In this document: positions 1-13,616 of the stretch, piece by piece
Layout of the letters: the number at the start of each line of letters is the position of its first letter
How positions within the stretch are numbered: position 1 is the first letter of the stretch
DNA from: Tubulanus polymorphus
Lineage: Eukaryota > Animalia > Nemertea
Direction: 5' to 3'
DNA length: 64,000 bases
Assembly (NCBI RefSeq): GCF_964204645.1
Contig: NC_134034.1
Span: 9,002,962-9,066,961, forward strand
Position numbers and translations under genes: made by a program
The notes under the pieces: model-generated
Told to the model about the DNA's origin: nothing
Seen by the model: the letters and a program-made list of their open reading frames with translations, nothing else
Database searches by the model: none

Positions 1-1335
1 TGTCAGAGCTCAGACCACTATTCCAAAATCTACTATATCCAATAGTAAAAACAAGAAATTCGAGAGTTTAGTTCATATATAAGCGCGTAAATTCAGGGGA
101 AATCCTGCATATGGCTCATAGGCCAGCATCTTAGCTACGCATTGAAGTGGTTTTCGCCCCACATACCCAACCTAACTTTTGAAATAATCAAACCTTCAGA
201 AAGGAGGGGTATCCCAGTACAGGTATGCCAGTACATCCGAGCCAAATATCTAAGGGAATCCCCCACCGTGTTTGGTACCCTTACTCCAAGCAAAAAAAGT
301 CCAGGGAATCCCTTATTTCTTCATAATCAATCTGTTTTCAGGATCAATGGATTTCATACATATAACCGAAATTCGTTACCTATCCCATTTGCAGAAATTA
401 TGGCAACATTTATGGGGGACCTCTTCTTCACCCTAGGTACTATTTTTGGGGTCCGGCCCCACGCATCTTCGAGCTACTAACCTAAGTGTGTTCTGATGCC
501 TTCTCTCTGAGACGAACATAATTCTAATAGCCCTCCGCGACTCAACGACCTTGATTTAAACTTGATCAATTCAAAATCTGTTTATTGAAGCTTTTGGTTA
601 CATGAACTGATCAGCAATATACTTAAATGAAACAGGGAAGTGTGATGAGATGAAATACGGACGCTTTTAATTGCCGGATGTAGGCTATTCAATTCAGCCC
701 GTACATCAAAGGTTACCGCAACAGCAGTAAGCTACGCTTATCGAGTGTGTGTTACCAGCTGAACACCAGTCAACATCAACTTTGATTCGGTCGCAGAACA
801 ACCCGCAATAGTTTTAGCCCGATAAATGTTCTGCGATCGATACTACGCATGCGCACTGCAGTTCATTGAACAACGTGGAAGTGGCTGTGTATACATATAT
901 TTTTCTTTAGAAAATCGGTTGAAATTCAACAACTTCTCGTAAAATTTGTCCAAAAAGGTATGTATTTTTATTCTTCTATATCTCCGAAACCCGGTATCGG
1001 AACATTAAGTATTTATATTGTGATTAAAGTCTGTTTTTATGTGTTAAACATATTTTTTGCCAGTTCGTTCCGATTCCGGGTTTAGCGTTATTTGGGCCTT
1101 GGAGATGTCAAATATTTCGGCCCAGACTCGCGCAGCTTTCGTTTCTGACGTCATGTTGCTATGTTACGACACAAACATATACACGAAGTATGATCTTTAA
1201 AATGTGTATTTACTACATAATAATGTTACTTAATAACGCTTACATTAGGCCTACAAATTATTGTCCCCCATATAAACCAAGTTGCCTAAATAGTATCAGC
1301 AATCTCATTTAATTAACCTTTTCTTGTTTTTAGTC

Positions 1336-1668
1336 ATGGATCTTTGTCGATTGTGTGGAAAAAATGCGAAACCTCCGGATCGTCGTCCTATCGATAAAAA
1401 TAATTTCAAAAGCCATGTGAAGGAGTTGTTCAACATTGATTTTGATGATGATACTGAACAGTACCCGATATATATCTGTAATATGTGTCGTGTCAAATTA
1501 CAAAAATGGCGTAAGAACAAAAACGTTAAAAAAACTGTCCCTGTGATTATCAAATTAAAACAATGGACATGTAAACGACTGGTTAATTCCAAGTCTGGAC
1601 GGCGACGTATTTGTAGTCAAAATTTTATCGATCGATTTTCCATAATGTACTGCTGCCATTCCATTTGA
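1336..1668 (+). pseudogene. Orphan Chapa/RAG1-N-terminal-like zinc-binding domain (fragment of a Chapaev-type transposase gene)
   Basis: CRLCG...ELFNIDFDDD...YP.YIC..C pattern resembles the N-terminal Zn domain shared by RAG1 and Chapaev transposases; no catalytic core follows. Confidence 0.55.
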
Positions 1669-2281
1669 ACTGAATTTAAATACTCGATGGTTAATCACTT
1701 CAGTCATAGCCTTTTCCAAATATATAGTGTTCCTGCGAAAATAATAATAATGATTATTATTTTAACATGTACTTATCTGGATTTTTTATATTATGTTTAT
1801 ATATTATTTTCTGTATTCGTTTATTATTTTATAACCTAAAAGGATTGTATTGATTATAAACATAAATGTAAAAAATACCTGTATGTGTGTTTTCTCGTGT
1901 TCAGATCGCAGTCTCTGGTCAGCTGAGCCTGAGAAGTACCTATATGAAAAAGAAAAGGAAAGAATGAAGTGCCTGCAATTAGGTGGAAACTATTCCGATA
2001 TTTCATTGATTCAAAAGGAATAACACTCACTAGAATCGGCCGAATTAGTTGATCCTGATCCAGAGGATTCCCGTAATATTTCCGTATCGATCTGAACCAA
2101 TTCGTCACTATCAAATAATAGATCGTCAAAATCGTCATCATTTATGATTTCGTTGACAACCGTTGCCATTTTAATACAGCGGAAAGAACCGATATCACGG
2201 TTGATAAAACACTATATCCGTCTGAAGCGATGTAGAGAGAATCCCACAATGATAATGAAAAAGTCCAAAAATGTTAGTAGT

Positions 2282-2327
2282 TTATTTAACGTTTCGTCTA
2301 TGTCCTAATAGTCATCTTCAGAAATAA
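2282..2327 (-). ncRNA. Minimal hammerhead ribozyme of the Penelope-like-element type (slightly degenerate)
   Basis: Minus strand TTATTT-CTGAAGA-T-GACTAT-taggac-ATAGAC-GAAACGTT-AAATAA: CUGANGA and GAAA cores, stem II with one mismatch, palindromic AACGTT stem III, stem I TTATT/AATAA. Confidence 0.55.
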
Positions 2328-4434
2328 TGAATACTACAGAAATTATGAGAGATATATACAATCCAGAGACAAAGAGACTAATTCAAGTAATCAGAGATGA
2401 TACTAACTAAAGGAAAATTAACGTAGAAACAGTTACACGCTAAAACAGATTAAAGAGAAGCAGTTAAGAGACAAACTAGGGGGCACTTAAATTTAAGACA
2501 ATTGTGAATACAAGTTGATTGACTAAAATTGATGAGGGGAAATCAGGTGTTGAGTTTAACCAGTTTACAGAGGAATCATTATATAAGTTTATTATGGGAT
2601 GAAAAACCGATATTCGGAAACAACTGAATTATTACGGAGATTCCAATTCCCGATCTCGCTGGTTATCGCTTATCGGCGCGTTACGTAACAAAGCGCTCGC
2701 CGACGAACCGTTATCGGCTTTAGGGCAATTACAACGCACATTCGACAAGAGCTGCACAATAGCGTCCGTATTCCATCTCATCACTCTTCCCTGAATGAAA
2801 TAACCGGAATAAGAAGAAATCAAAAATATTAAAGAGGTAACCAACGAATGTCCGTAAGCCTGTCAGACACGCGAACGCCGGACTCGTAAACTCTTGGACT
2901 CGGACCCACTGAGCAATAAATTCATAAAATTGACTTTGAAATTGATTGTGGAGAAGAAAGGGAATAATTCGATAGCTCTTCCTCATAAAGAAGATAGAAA
3001 TTTCGGAAAGAAAACACAACATGGCTACTAATTGAACGGAGCCAAATTTCCGATGTTTACGGCTCGACAGTGCCTTTATTACGTGGATATATCAAAATTC
3101 CCATGCAGTATCTGGAGATTGAAGTGAGCTGAAGGATATCATACGGATTGTATCGGCGACAGCGGTAAGGTAAGGAAGCCTTTACACTTTTAACAAAAAC
3201 TGTGTGGAAAAGGGAAAAAAAATAATAATAATCACGCGAATTTTAATAGGGTTTTCTGTGATGAAACAGAAAACCCTAAAAATAAATATAGCTGCAAAGC
3301 AGCGATAACGGGTTTTCTGAGCAGGCGTGCTATTCATAATTTGAAAAGTGGATAAAAGAAATATATCAATACGGGATACGCATTTGATGTGTCAAGTCAC
3401 ACCAATGCGGTTTAACATAACATAATTTATAGTTATAGTCAAATTGGGGGTTACTCGGGTCGTTTAGTTGTCTGTGGAGTCGAGTAGATTGGTTACCCGT
3501 CTGTAACATTAGTTACGGAAACGACTCGTCAGCTTGATGAGTTGTATGTATTATGATTGTGCGCCACCTGCATTTTCCGAAATACTGTTCATATAATTAT
3601 TTGAAGGGACGATTGAAATCAATTATCAACGTACATCTGAATATGTAATAGTCCTTAGTAACTTTCTGTTGCAGAGGGTATAAAAAAGATTTTGAAATTA
3701 TTTAATTAAAATATAAATTTTATTTACGAAAAATAAACTATTATGGTCAGTACAAATTGAAAATTTATAGTGTATTTTTAAGAACAAGCTTACATAGCTT
3801 ACAGAATACATCACGTACATTTGAATTTTATAAGTGATGGGTAAAAATCAACGTGTGACAGAAAAAAAATGTAGTTAATTATTTAACAATATCGAAATAT
3901 GTGCTCTCTTTTTAAACTAATGGAGTGATACGCAATTAATCACATGGCCTGTATTAAAAGATAGAACATACAAGTTGGATATTTATAAGTCGAAACATGT
4001 GAACAGTTGACCAGTAGTATGGAATTACACAACGACAATTGGCTTTAAACTCAACAAACATTATTAAAGAATGTGTCAAACAAAATGCTTTATATAACGA
4101 CATGAATAAACTTGTTTTACAAAACAAAAAAGAACATTTTGAACTTTTGAATAGTCGAATCCCATTTATTCACAGTAACCTGTGATGTGGCGATTCTCGG
4201 AGCCATCCTTCTTGATAACGTCACTAACAAGTGGTCACGGCCGTACGCGTGCACTCATTTCTTTGAAAATCTAGCTTCCTCGCGGAGCGGGACCTGGTGA
4301 CGCTGCGCCCCGCCCCCTTCGCGCTAAGAAATATCTAATTCCCAGTCAGCAGAGACAGGTTCTGAAGATCATAGAATTTGAATTGGTGCGGTGGCGCTCT
4401 CAATGCGGAAGGCAAAAACCGTAATGTTTCCAAT

Positions 4435-4826
4435 GCAATTTAGGTAATGTTGAAACCATCCACAAAACGGAAGGGATATTGGAAAGATACAAAATGGCGG
4501 CTTTTCGAATAGAAGAGGGGACAGGGTTTAGGGTCTAGAGGGTCCAGAGGGTTAGGGTTAGGGTCAAGAGGGTCCAGAGGGTTAGGGTTAGGTTCCGTTA
4601 CATATTATAATAGGGTAGGGTTAGGATGAGGCTATAAGTAGTTAAAAAGTTACAGTGTCTGGCATCTTCGGCTATAGCGCTGAGGGGGAACGTTAGGCTA
4701 GCACTCACGTGCTTGCGTGTTCGAATCCCAATTTTCGTGGATCTCTCTTAGAATTTTCTAAGTCCAACGCATTCGCGTATGCGCATTGCATTGATTTGTG
4801 GATGGTTTCAACATTACACAAATTGC
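4435..4826. repeat. Small inverted-repeat element (MITE-like) enclosing degenerate TTAGGG runs
   Basis: 23-bp perfect inverted repeat 4444-4466 / 4795-4817; GGGTTAGGGTTAGG variants at 4525-4625. Confidence 0.45.
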
Positions 4827-5419
4827 GATTCCAATGTCTCCGTTTTTAACGCATGCGCATTAGTGAGTGGTGGGGAAATTCTCTAAGTCCAGAAATCGGT
4901 TGAGTGCGCAGGCGTCACTACATGTCAGTACTTTCAAAACTGGGTCATGTCACAGGCACTTGAATATGGGCTTTGATAATGGATAAATATTTGAGAAGCG
5001 ATACGTTAATCCTACTTTAATAGATCCGCCATGTTTTAAAATAAATTTACCCATGATGCAACGCGCGCCGGTCGTTTAGCTATACTATACAGAAAGGCTG
5101 GAAACGATCCTATCTCCGTATTAAGTATTTGGGATTCGAACCGAAACATATCTAAAACGAAATTATACGTGTTTTAGCGTTTAGCTATGTTCCAGTTTTC
5201 TCAACTTTCGCCATATTAATTTCCCAGAGCGGCGCTGAAAACCAGGAAGTAATATTGTCATTTTGCCGGTTTTGGGCCTCCGAAATCTCAAAGTTTTGGA
5301 AGAATTTAAGGTAGAATAGACAGTTCAGTCATCCAAATACCCAATATTAAAACCCATCTAAAAACGAATCGAATGATACCTTATATGTCTATATGGCATT
5401 GGAAATAAGTGAGATATTC

Positions 5420-7420
5420 TGTAACCGAATAGGCCGGGCACAGTAACCGACTGGCTCTCCGGGCCAGATTTTCAACACAAGGGCTGCGCCAGACAATATA
5501 CTGCCGCTCAGTACTGGCCTACAGCTTGACCTCCCTTGCGCACGGCCGGGCCAAATAACCTCGTCGGGGATCCCCTCTACACGTCGTGCCTCCTATTGGT
5601 TCCAGGTGGGTCTTCGGGTCCAATCGTCCTTAACCTGAAGGCGACCATCAACAACTCGGAATCCTTTCGTTTCCATGGTAGCGCGTCCTCGTTCCAAGGT
5701 TGTTCCCGAAACAGGTCGAACTGACTCGGACTCAGATATCCACTCAAAATAAGACATAAGACCGTTATTCGTGAAAAATTAACGATTGCCATGTTTATTC
5801 AGCTCAACAACGGATTAAAGGAACGGGGTGTTGCTCATCACTCAAGATCAAAGCAATCTCCCAATACTCGTAATAAAATGTATGTCCTCTCAAAAATCCC
5901 CAGGAACAAGGGACGTTTATAACATTTATAAACTGGTCCTTAGGCATAACGACGGCTCGTAGAACTAATCATGTTCCACGGATATAATATTGTACGAAGG
6001 CGCGATTAGGCTCACACCCAGGAATGAGAGAGAGAGAGAAAAAGGGGGGGGGGGTTGAACTATGAGAGTCAAATAATTAAAAGGCTTGAGTCCGAAGCGG
6101 TAATGTCGGTGACGATGAGCAGATCCCAATATCTGAACCCGGCCAAGGACCGACTCGATAATGCTTCCTCTTGAACTACCACTACAGGGATTCTTCATCT
6201 TGGTTGGAATTTGCCTTCACTGGTGGTCCGACGCAGGGACTGATCAGTTCCCTGGTCCGCCATTCTTTCTTCGGGACACTCATCCCTGCTCCTCTTAGGC
6301 AGTAAGACATCAAGAGGAGACTTGGTTTCGACCTGGACTACCACTGGCAGCATGGTTGATGGTCACCCGACAAATTCCGAAACTCAAGGGGGGTCAAGTG
6401 ACCCAACGAAATAAAATACCGTCAAAAATGATATTCCCTCACCCTTCTCTCTCAACTCAGTTAAAAAAAAAGACTACAGGACCGCACGCGACATCGCTCG
6501 CGGAAATAAATGCAACGAGGGGACAATCAGGACCTCGCAGCACGGAAACAATAACAAATACCAATAATAAAAGCAACGTAATTCAATCACATCCCCCCCA
6601 AGGAAAGGAAAACCGGTCCCCGTCGGGACGCGGGCGGTACAACTTGCTTACATTGTAACTTGGAATATAGTATTCGTTGGTTAGAGAGAGCTAAATTGAA
6701 CCATGCGAGTGGTCGACTCTCAGGTCAGAATCCCAAACTAGCGCGCTGCCCGCCTTATATAGGGCTCATTGTCCCCGCGTTGTCCTGATTGGCTACCCGC
6801 CTTTGTCCCCGCTACGCTCCAATAGGTTGAAAATCACGTGGTACGGCGTGGCGTCACGATCACGCGTGACTGACCGCCGTCCACGACGACACTCGATCGG
6901 AACCTACAAGCATAGATTTATTTATACGAACTCTGGTCCGAGTCGAGCATTAAAAACTCCGAAAAGAAAAAGATTTATTATCAAGAGAATATTTAACTTC
7001 CAATTAGTAATATAATATCGTTAGGATATAAATACGATTTTGGTAAGAAGATTTAAGACGTACTGATGTGCTTTAAGAGCAGTTTGATTTCTTTGAACAA
7101 CTGGTTCCGCCGAATAGTTATAAAGACGGTAAGACAACATAGTCTGTGTAAAATCCCCCAACGAACACAACTCGACCGGACGCGAGCTGAGTTCGTCCCG
7201 CAACGCAGTAAGAAAGGTAACCAGGTTATAAACGGGAATAAAGGATAAGGAAATTGAATAATTGATGCTATTTTATGGATCTATAAATATTAGACGCTAT
7301 CTATGGCGATACATGAGGGATTCAAAAACTGGCGCTCTGGCCCGGTTATAAAACTGCTATACAGGCAAGAAAGTGATTTAAATTTGGCGCCTATAACATC
7401 ATCACGGAATTTCCGCTACA
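5420..7420 (-). repeat. 3' LTR (2001 bp)
   Basis: Plus strand TGTAACCG...CCGCTACA (TG..CA ends); 5420-5612 matches 44524-44716 and 5607-6271 matches 63338-64000, about 12 substitutions in ~850 bp by eye; abuts PPT. Confidence 0.9.
6755..6792 (-). promoter_or_regulatory. LTR promoter: TATA box with upstream CCAAT
   Basis: Minus strand CCAATC (~6790) then TATATAA (6761-6755); AATAAA poly(A) signal at ~5794-5799 on the same strand. Confidence 0.5.
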
Positions 7421-7439
7421 CCACCCCCTCCCAGCCTTC
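7421..7439 (-). other. Polypurine tract
   Basis: Minus strand GAAGGCTGGGAGGGGGTGG immediately before LTR start TGTAGCGG. Confidence 0.8.
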
Positions 7440-7617
7440 ACGCGTCCCGCGTGAGAAAGAAAAGAAAGTAACATGATATAATGCGATATAACAGGGTATT
7501 TTTTTTTTCAGATGTAAGAACGACCGACGACCGGTTCGAAAGTTAAGCGTAAGACGTTTCAATCTCGCACGCCACGCAGTCGACGGGCGTGTCGTCGAAT
7601 CCATAGATGACCATATG

Positions 7618-8054
7618 AGTAATAGGGGTTTAGTTGTTCTAGATCAAAGGTCGAACGGTCGAGAAATTTTCCAAATGTGAAAATAACAATAATTTCTACT
7701 TGAATTAGTCGCGCACACTCCTAATTCAAGTAGAAATTATTATTATTTCACATTTGGAAAATTTCTCAACCATTCAACCTTTAACCTAGAACAACTAAAC
7801 CCCTATTACTCTTAAAATATTTATATACATGAATAACATTTAAATTGATAGATTATTCAATATAAAAGTATATATTTACAACATTATTTCAATATTCATA
7901 TTTGTGTCAGTTAGATGTTTAAACGTTAAAAGTGTTAGTAAAGTGTGATTGAAATAATGCATAGCTGTTTATACTAGAACCTGATTCTATTTGAGCCTAT
8001 ATATCATTGAACTTCTAAAATCAATTTAAAAAAAAATTTAGTATTAAAATGGAA
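7618..8054. repeat. Left TIR of Polinton A; contains 193-bp hairpin 7618-7810
   Basis: Imperfect inverted match to 23744-24169; ends at ATGGAA of polB. Confidence 0.9.
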
Positions 8055-11000
8055 GCAAATAAGTACTACTATCCAACATGTAATATCAATATAGATAAAT
8101 CCCAAAAAGCAAGACACAATAAAACTAAAACACATTTAGAGAATAAATTGAAACTAGAATATAAAGATGATATATTAGAAACTAAATTAGATGAATTAAA
8201 GAATGAAAAAGAAATATATAAATGTGATACATGAAATCAATCATTCAGTGATAAAAGATATTATAATGAACATTTAAAATCTAAAAGTCATATTAGAAAT
8301 AAGAATAAAGATATTTTAGGTGAAGATTATTTTGATAAAGATAGTGATAAGAAACAGAAGACAATTGAAAGCATAAAAAATAAATTAAACAATAAAAGAC
8401 CATACATGGAAGATGTAAGAAAATATATTAATTCATTAGATAATAAAAAAGATATAGAGATGACCGAAGTATTTAAAAGTGATATTGGTCCAGCAGCTAT
8501 TGAGTTTAAATTTCATAAAGGAAAAACATTAGAAGAAAATAAAAAACATTTAGAAAATATGAAAGATATTATAAAAATAATAACTGATGTTGAATATCCT
8601 AAAATTAGTATATCTTCTAAAGTAAAGTTTATAAAATCTGAAGATAAACCGTTATATAATGTAAATTCTCATTCACAACATATTATTTCAAAACAACATA
8701 TAGATGATAAATTAGATAAATGATATAATGAAGTAAAAACTAAAATAGAAGAGAAATATTTTGAAGGGTCTGGTTTAATATTTGATGAAATAATATTTAT
8801 GACTTTACATGTTTATAACACAAAATATAATAAGTTAACTAAATCAAAACCAATTGATGAAAATATTTTATCATATTATAAAGAACCAGATATTGAAGCA
8901 TCGAGTTATATTAAACTACCATTTAAAACTAATGCTGTAATAAATGTACAAAATGAAGATGATAAATGTTTTCTATGGGCTATAATAAGTTGTTTACATC
9001 CTGCAACTTATAATATTTGTAGATTAACTCATTATAAACCATTTGAAAATAATTATAAGATAGATAAGTATCCTGTTATGATTAAAAACATCCCAAAAAT
9101 AGAAAGAGATAATAATATAAAGATAAATGTATTTGATTTAATCAAATTACCAAATACAAAAGGTAACAATATAAAACATTATACATTAGAACCTTTATAT
9201 CTATCAAAAGATTATGATTGAAACGATGTTATAGATATACTATATTATGAGAATCATTATATGTGGATTTAAAGAATTGATTTCTTTTTTAAATCAGAAA
9301 ATGATTTTGATAATAAAATATATCTATGTAGAAAATGTTTACATAAATTCAGTTATGAAAGTACATTATTAAATCATAAACAATTATGTGAAAATCATGA
9401 TTATTGTAAATTAGTTTTACCAAATGAAAAAGATAAAATATTAGAATTCAAAAAATATGATTACAAAAATAAAGTTCCATTTGTTATATATGGAGATTTT
9501 GAATCATTAAATAAAGAATTAACTGATCAAGATAGAAAAGAAATATATTATAAAAGAAAGAAATTAAATTCTAATGAAAATGATTTTTCAGATGAACCAC
9601 CAAAAACAAATACAATTAAAAAGATTCATCAATCAGCTCCTGCTTTCGGGTTATATATTAAATCTGATTATCCAGAACTAATTAAAAGTAAATATTATCA
9701 TTATAGAAATGAAAATATTATCAATCATTTTTGTGACTAATTAATTGAATATGAAATAAAATTTAATGAAAAGTTAAATGAAAATATAGAAATTATAATG
9801 ACAGAAGAAGATAAAGAAGAATTTGTGCTTTCAGGTAAATGTTATTATTGTGAAAAGATATTTAATTATAAAGATAAAAAAGTAAGAGACCATGATCATT
9901 TGAATGGAAAGTTTAGAGGCGCTGCACATGAGAATTGTAACTTACAAGCTAAGAAAATTAATTTTGTACCAGTTATATTTCATAATCTATCAGGATATGA
10001 TGCACATTTATTTATCAAACAGTTATGTCATAAAATAGAAGAAATCAATAATAAAATAGAAATATTAAATTCAAATAGATCAAAAGATAAAATACCAACT
10101 TATTAATTTAGAATGTTAGCTAAAACATCTGAGAATTATATATCATTCCAATTTGGGTGTTTAAGATTTATAGATTCATATAGATTTTTAAATAGTTCAT
10201 TAGATAACTTATCAAAATCATTAGTTGATGATGAATTGAAAATATTAAAACAACACTATCCAAATAATGATGATTTTCAATTAATGAGATATAAAGGCGC
10301 AATTCCATATTCATTTTATAAATCACATAATGATTTTAACATAACTGAATTATTAAAAGAACAATTCTATGATGAATTAAAAAATGAATATGTTAATTTT
10401 AAAGATGAAGTATAGAATAGAACATTGAATATTTGGAATCATTTCAAAATAGAAAATCATGGACAATTAGTAGATTTATATTTAAAATCAGATGTATTAT
10501 TATTAACTGATATATTTGAAAGGTTTAGAGATGTAAACCTAAAATATTTCAATATTGATCCTTGTCATTGTTATTCATCACCAGGTTTAACATGGGATTG
10601 TGGATTAAAATTTACGGATATAAAAATGGATTTGTTAACAAATATAGATCAATTATCATTATTTGAAAAATCTATAAGAGGAGGAGTTTCAGGTGTATTA
10701 GGTGATAGATATTTCAATGTTAATGATAACCCTGGATATAAGTTATTATATATAGATGCAAATAATCTATATGGTTGGGCAATGATGGAACCACAACCTT
10801 ATGGAGTATTTGAATTAACTGAAGTTTTACAGAATGAAAATAATGATAAATTTGATTGGAAGAAAAGAATCCTAGATATTGCAGATGATTCAGATACTGG
10901 TTACTTCTTTGTTGTAGATTTAGAATATCCTGAACATATTAAATTTAAATCTAGAAATCTAGCATACTGTCCAGAACATAAAACTGTAACTCATGAAGAA

Positions 11001-12085
11001 TTATCAAATTATCAAAAAAGAATTAAACCCGAAAATCATATTCATACAGAAAAGTTAATGGTAACTCAAGAAGATAAATATAATTATGTAGTACATTATA
11101 GAATGTTAAAGTTTTATCTAAAACAAGGAATGATCCTAAAAAAGTACACAGATATATTTCATTCAGTCAATCTAAGTGGTTAGAAAAATATATAGATTTT
11201 AACACCAAACAGAGAACTGAAGCTAAAACTGATTTCGAGAAAGATTTCTTCAAGTTAATGAATAATGCATTCTATGGTAAGACTTGTGAAAATATTAGAA
11301 ATAGAAATGATATTGAGTTAGTAAGTAATGGTAAAAGAATTAGACATTTACAAACATATCCTAAGTTCATTGGTAACAGAATATTTGATGAAAATTTAGC
11401 TGCAGTTAAAATGAGAAGAACATCGATGAAATTTAATAAACCAATCTATGTTGGCGCTTCAGTTTTAGAATTATCAAAATTACTAATGTATGAATTCTAC
11501 TATAATGTATTACAACCACTTTTTGGAGAAAAACATATAGAAATATTATATTTTGATACCGACAGTTACATATTAAAGATAAAAACTAATAACATAACCG
11601 ATGATTTAAAAACATTAAAACATCATTTTGATTTCAGTAATTATCCTAAAAATCATGAATTGTTTAACAATTATAATAAAATGGTGCCCGGTAAATTCAA
11701 AGATGAATTAGGAGGTGAAGAAATGATAGAGTTCATTGGAATTCGATCTAAATTGTATTCATATATAACTAAAACTCATGAATCAAAGAAATTGAAAGGA
11801 ATTACCAAAAGCGTAGTAGAAAAGAATATTCATTTCAAAGATTACATCAATTGTATATTCAATGAAGAAGTTAGAAAACATAAGATGAAATGTTTAAGAT
11901 CTGAAGATCATGAAATGTTTATTGAAGAAATTGAAACGATAAGTCTCCCATTTGATGATAAAAGATATATTCTGGATGATGGAATTCATACAGTTGCTTA
12001 TGGTTGTAATTTAGATGAATACTTAAAATTTAAAAGAGAAGAAACCAAAGAGAACGAGATAATGAAAAGAATTCTAACGTGTTAA
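8049..12085 (+). pseudogene. polB: Protein-primed-type family B DNA polymerase with N-terminal Zn fingers, OTU-like region and EndoVII-like insert (many stops/frameshifts)
   Basis: Fragments carry YGDFES (ExoI), HNLSGYD (ExoII), YLKSD (ExoIII), YIDANNLYG, KLMNNAFYGK, YFDTDS, and RDHDHLNGKFRGAAHENCN; colinear with copy B. Confidence 0.93.
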
Positions 12086-12115
12086 TCAAATTTTTATAAA
12101 AAATATGTTATTAAA

Positions 12116-12469
12116 ATGGAGAGTAAACAAACACACAGTGAGAACAACAAATTATTTCTAGATAGAATTAAAGATATAACAAATGTAAAATCTGTAGATT
12201 ATAAATTCAAAAAGTTAACAGAATTAACAATTCATAAGAAATGTCTAATTACAAATATTGATACAGTTACTAATAACTATGGAGATAAATTAGTTATACA
12301 CTTAGAATATGAAGGATTAAAAGGAAATACATATAAATTCAGAACATATTTACCAGATAGATTTTATAGGTTATCAAGTGAAGATCTAGAAGAATTATGT
12401 TCTGGAGATTCCTATTTCATATATAAGGGTAAGAATGAAAAGGGGCACCATGAAATAGATTTCGAATAA
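12116..12469 (+). CDS. Conserved small Polinton protein, possibly OB-fold ssDNA-binding
   Basis: Intact ORF, close orthologue at 48978-49319; beta-rich pattern, adjacent to polB; function is inference. Confidence 0.6.
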   Translation: MESKQTHSENNKLFLDRIKDITNVKSVDYKFKKLTELTIHKKCLITNIDTVTNNYGDKLVIHLEYEGLKGNTYKFRTYLPDRFYRLSSEDLEELCSGDSYFIYKGKNEKGHHEIDFE

Positions 12470-12486
12470 GAAAATATTTAAAATAA

Positions 12487-13243
12487 ATGGTAGAATTAAA
12501 AGAATATAGAATATTTGTTGATTCAAGAAGACTTACAAATTATAAATCACATAATTTACTAGTACAATTAGATAGAGAATTCAAGAATTGTGTAGATTTA
12601 AAATTAGTAAATGTAAGTTTATGTAATTCTTTTTACAATGTATCGGATAAAACTTTTGAACATAGAGGGTTTATGATTTATATGAGAAATAAAGATAAAT
12701 GAATTCATATATTTTTAAAACCAGGATTATATAATTTAGAATCATTAGCACAGGAAATTAATAGAAGAGCTCGGTTGAAAATCGGGGGTACTGCTGAATT
12801 TGAAATTAGATTTAATAAAATTGATAGTTCCAATAAAATAAGAATAAAGTTATCTAATGAACAACATAAATTTATGGTAAACAAACCACTGGCTAAAATG
12901 TTAGGAATTAAACCTCTTACAGTTACAGGAAACGCAGAAGGCAGCTCAAATATAATACCTTTTACGCACTTTTATATTTATTGCAATTTAATCGAGCCTA
13001 CAAAAACTTTCGAAGCAACTAAAGAAACAATTTGTAGTTCTAGTATACTAAATATTTTACCGCTAAAAAAATGTTAAACAATTTGGAACTCAAATAAATT
13101 ATAATTTAACAGATTGTGATTTCAAACCTTGCATTCCTAAATTCAATAATTTTAAATTAGAAATAAGAAATCCTACTGGTTATTTAATTGATTTGAATAA
13201 CTTTCCTGTAATTTATGAATTGGTTATAAGATGTAAAGAGTAA
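12487..13243 (+). pseudogene. Minor capsid protein (penton, single jelly-roll), disrupted
   Basis: Orthologue of intact 49335-50093; stop at 12700 and frameshift near 13070. Confidence 0.75.
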
Positions 13244-13259
13244 TTTTTTCACTATATAA

Positions 13260-13616
13260 ATGAATATAACTGTTGGGCCGAGTATATGTTTTGGGTTTGA
13301 TTTTAAACATGAGAAAGAAATGAAATTTAACATTACTGATGTAATTTAACAAATCAAAAATATTACATTTTCTAATGAAACAACATTTGAGTATGAAACA
13401 ACAATAGATAAAGAAACTTTTAATGTAGAAAAGATTACTAATTTAATTAGAGAATCTTTAAGATCTTATGAATTAGATGAAGATTTTATCATCGATGATA
13501 TTAAAAAAATAATAATTGAAATATATACAAATGAAACTAGTAATGAAATAAATGTTGAATTAATCATACATAAGATAACTAAATATTTTGATGATAGTAA
13601 TTTTTTTGATAAATAA
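13260..13616 (+). pseudogene. Hypothetical Polinton protein, internal stop
   Basis: Orthologue of 50111-50452 (MNITVGP...NFFDK); TAA near 13347. Confidence 0.65.

Noticed and set aside
142-480. 112-aa ORF and other short ORFs at 1.8-3.0 kb and 32-40 kb as host genes
   Set aside because: No recognisable domains or exon structure; small host exons cannot be excluded without RNA data
4525-4625. Telomere or interstitial telomeric array
   Set aside because: Only a few degenerate TTAGGG units inside a small inverted-repeat element
4668-4731. tRNA gene (GTTCGAATCCC B-box; similar boxes at ~5131 and ~41335)
   Set aside because: No convincing cloverleaf; at most SINE-head remnants
5536-7248. Short ORFs in the LTR (and copies at 63245-63927)
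   Set aside because: No motifs; one is frameshifted between LTR copies and one is a chimera with the Polinton end
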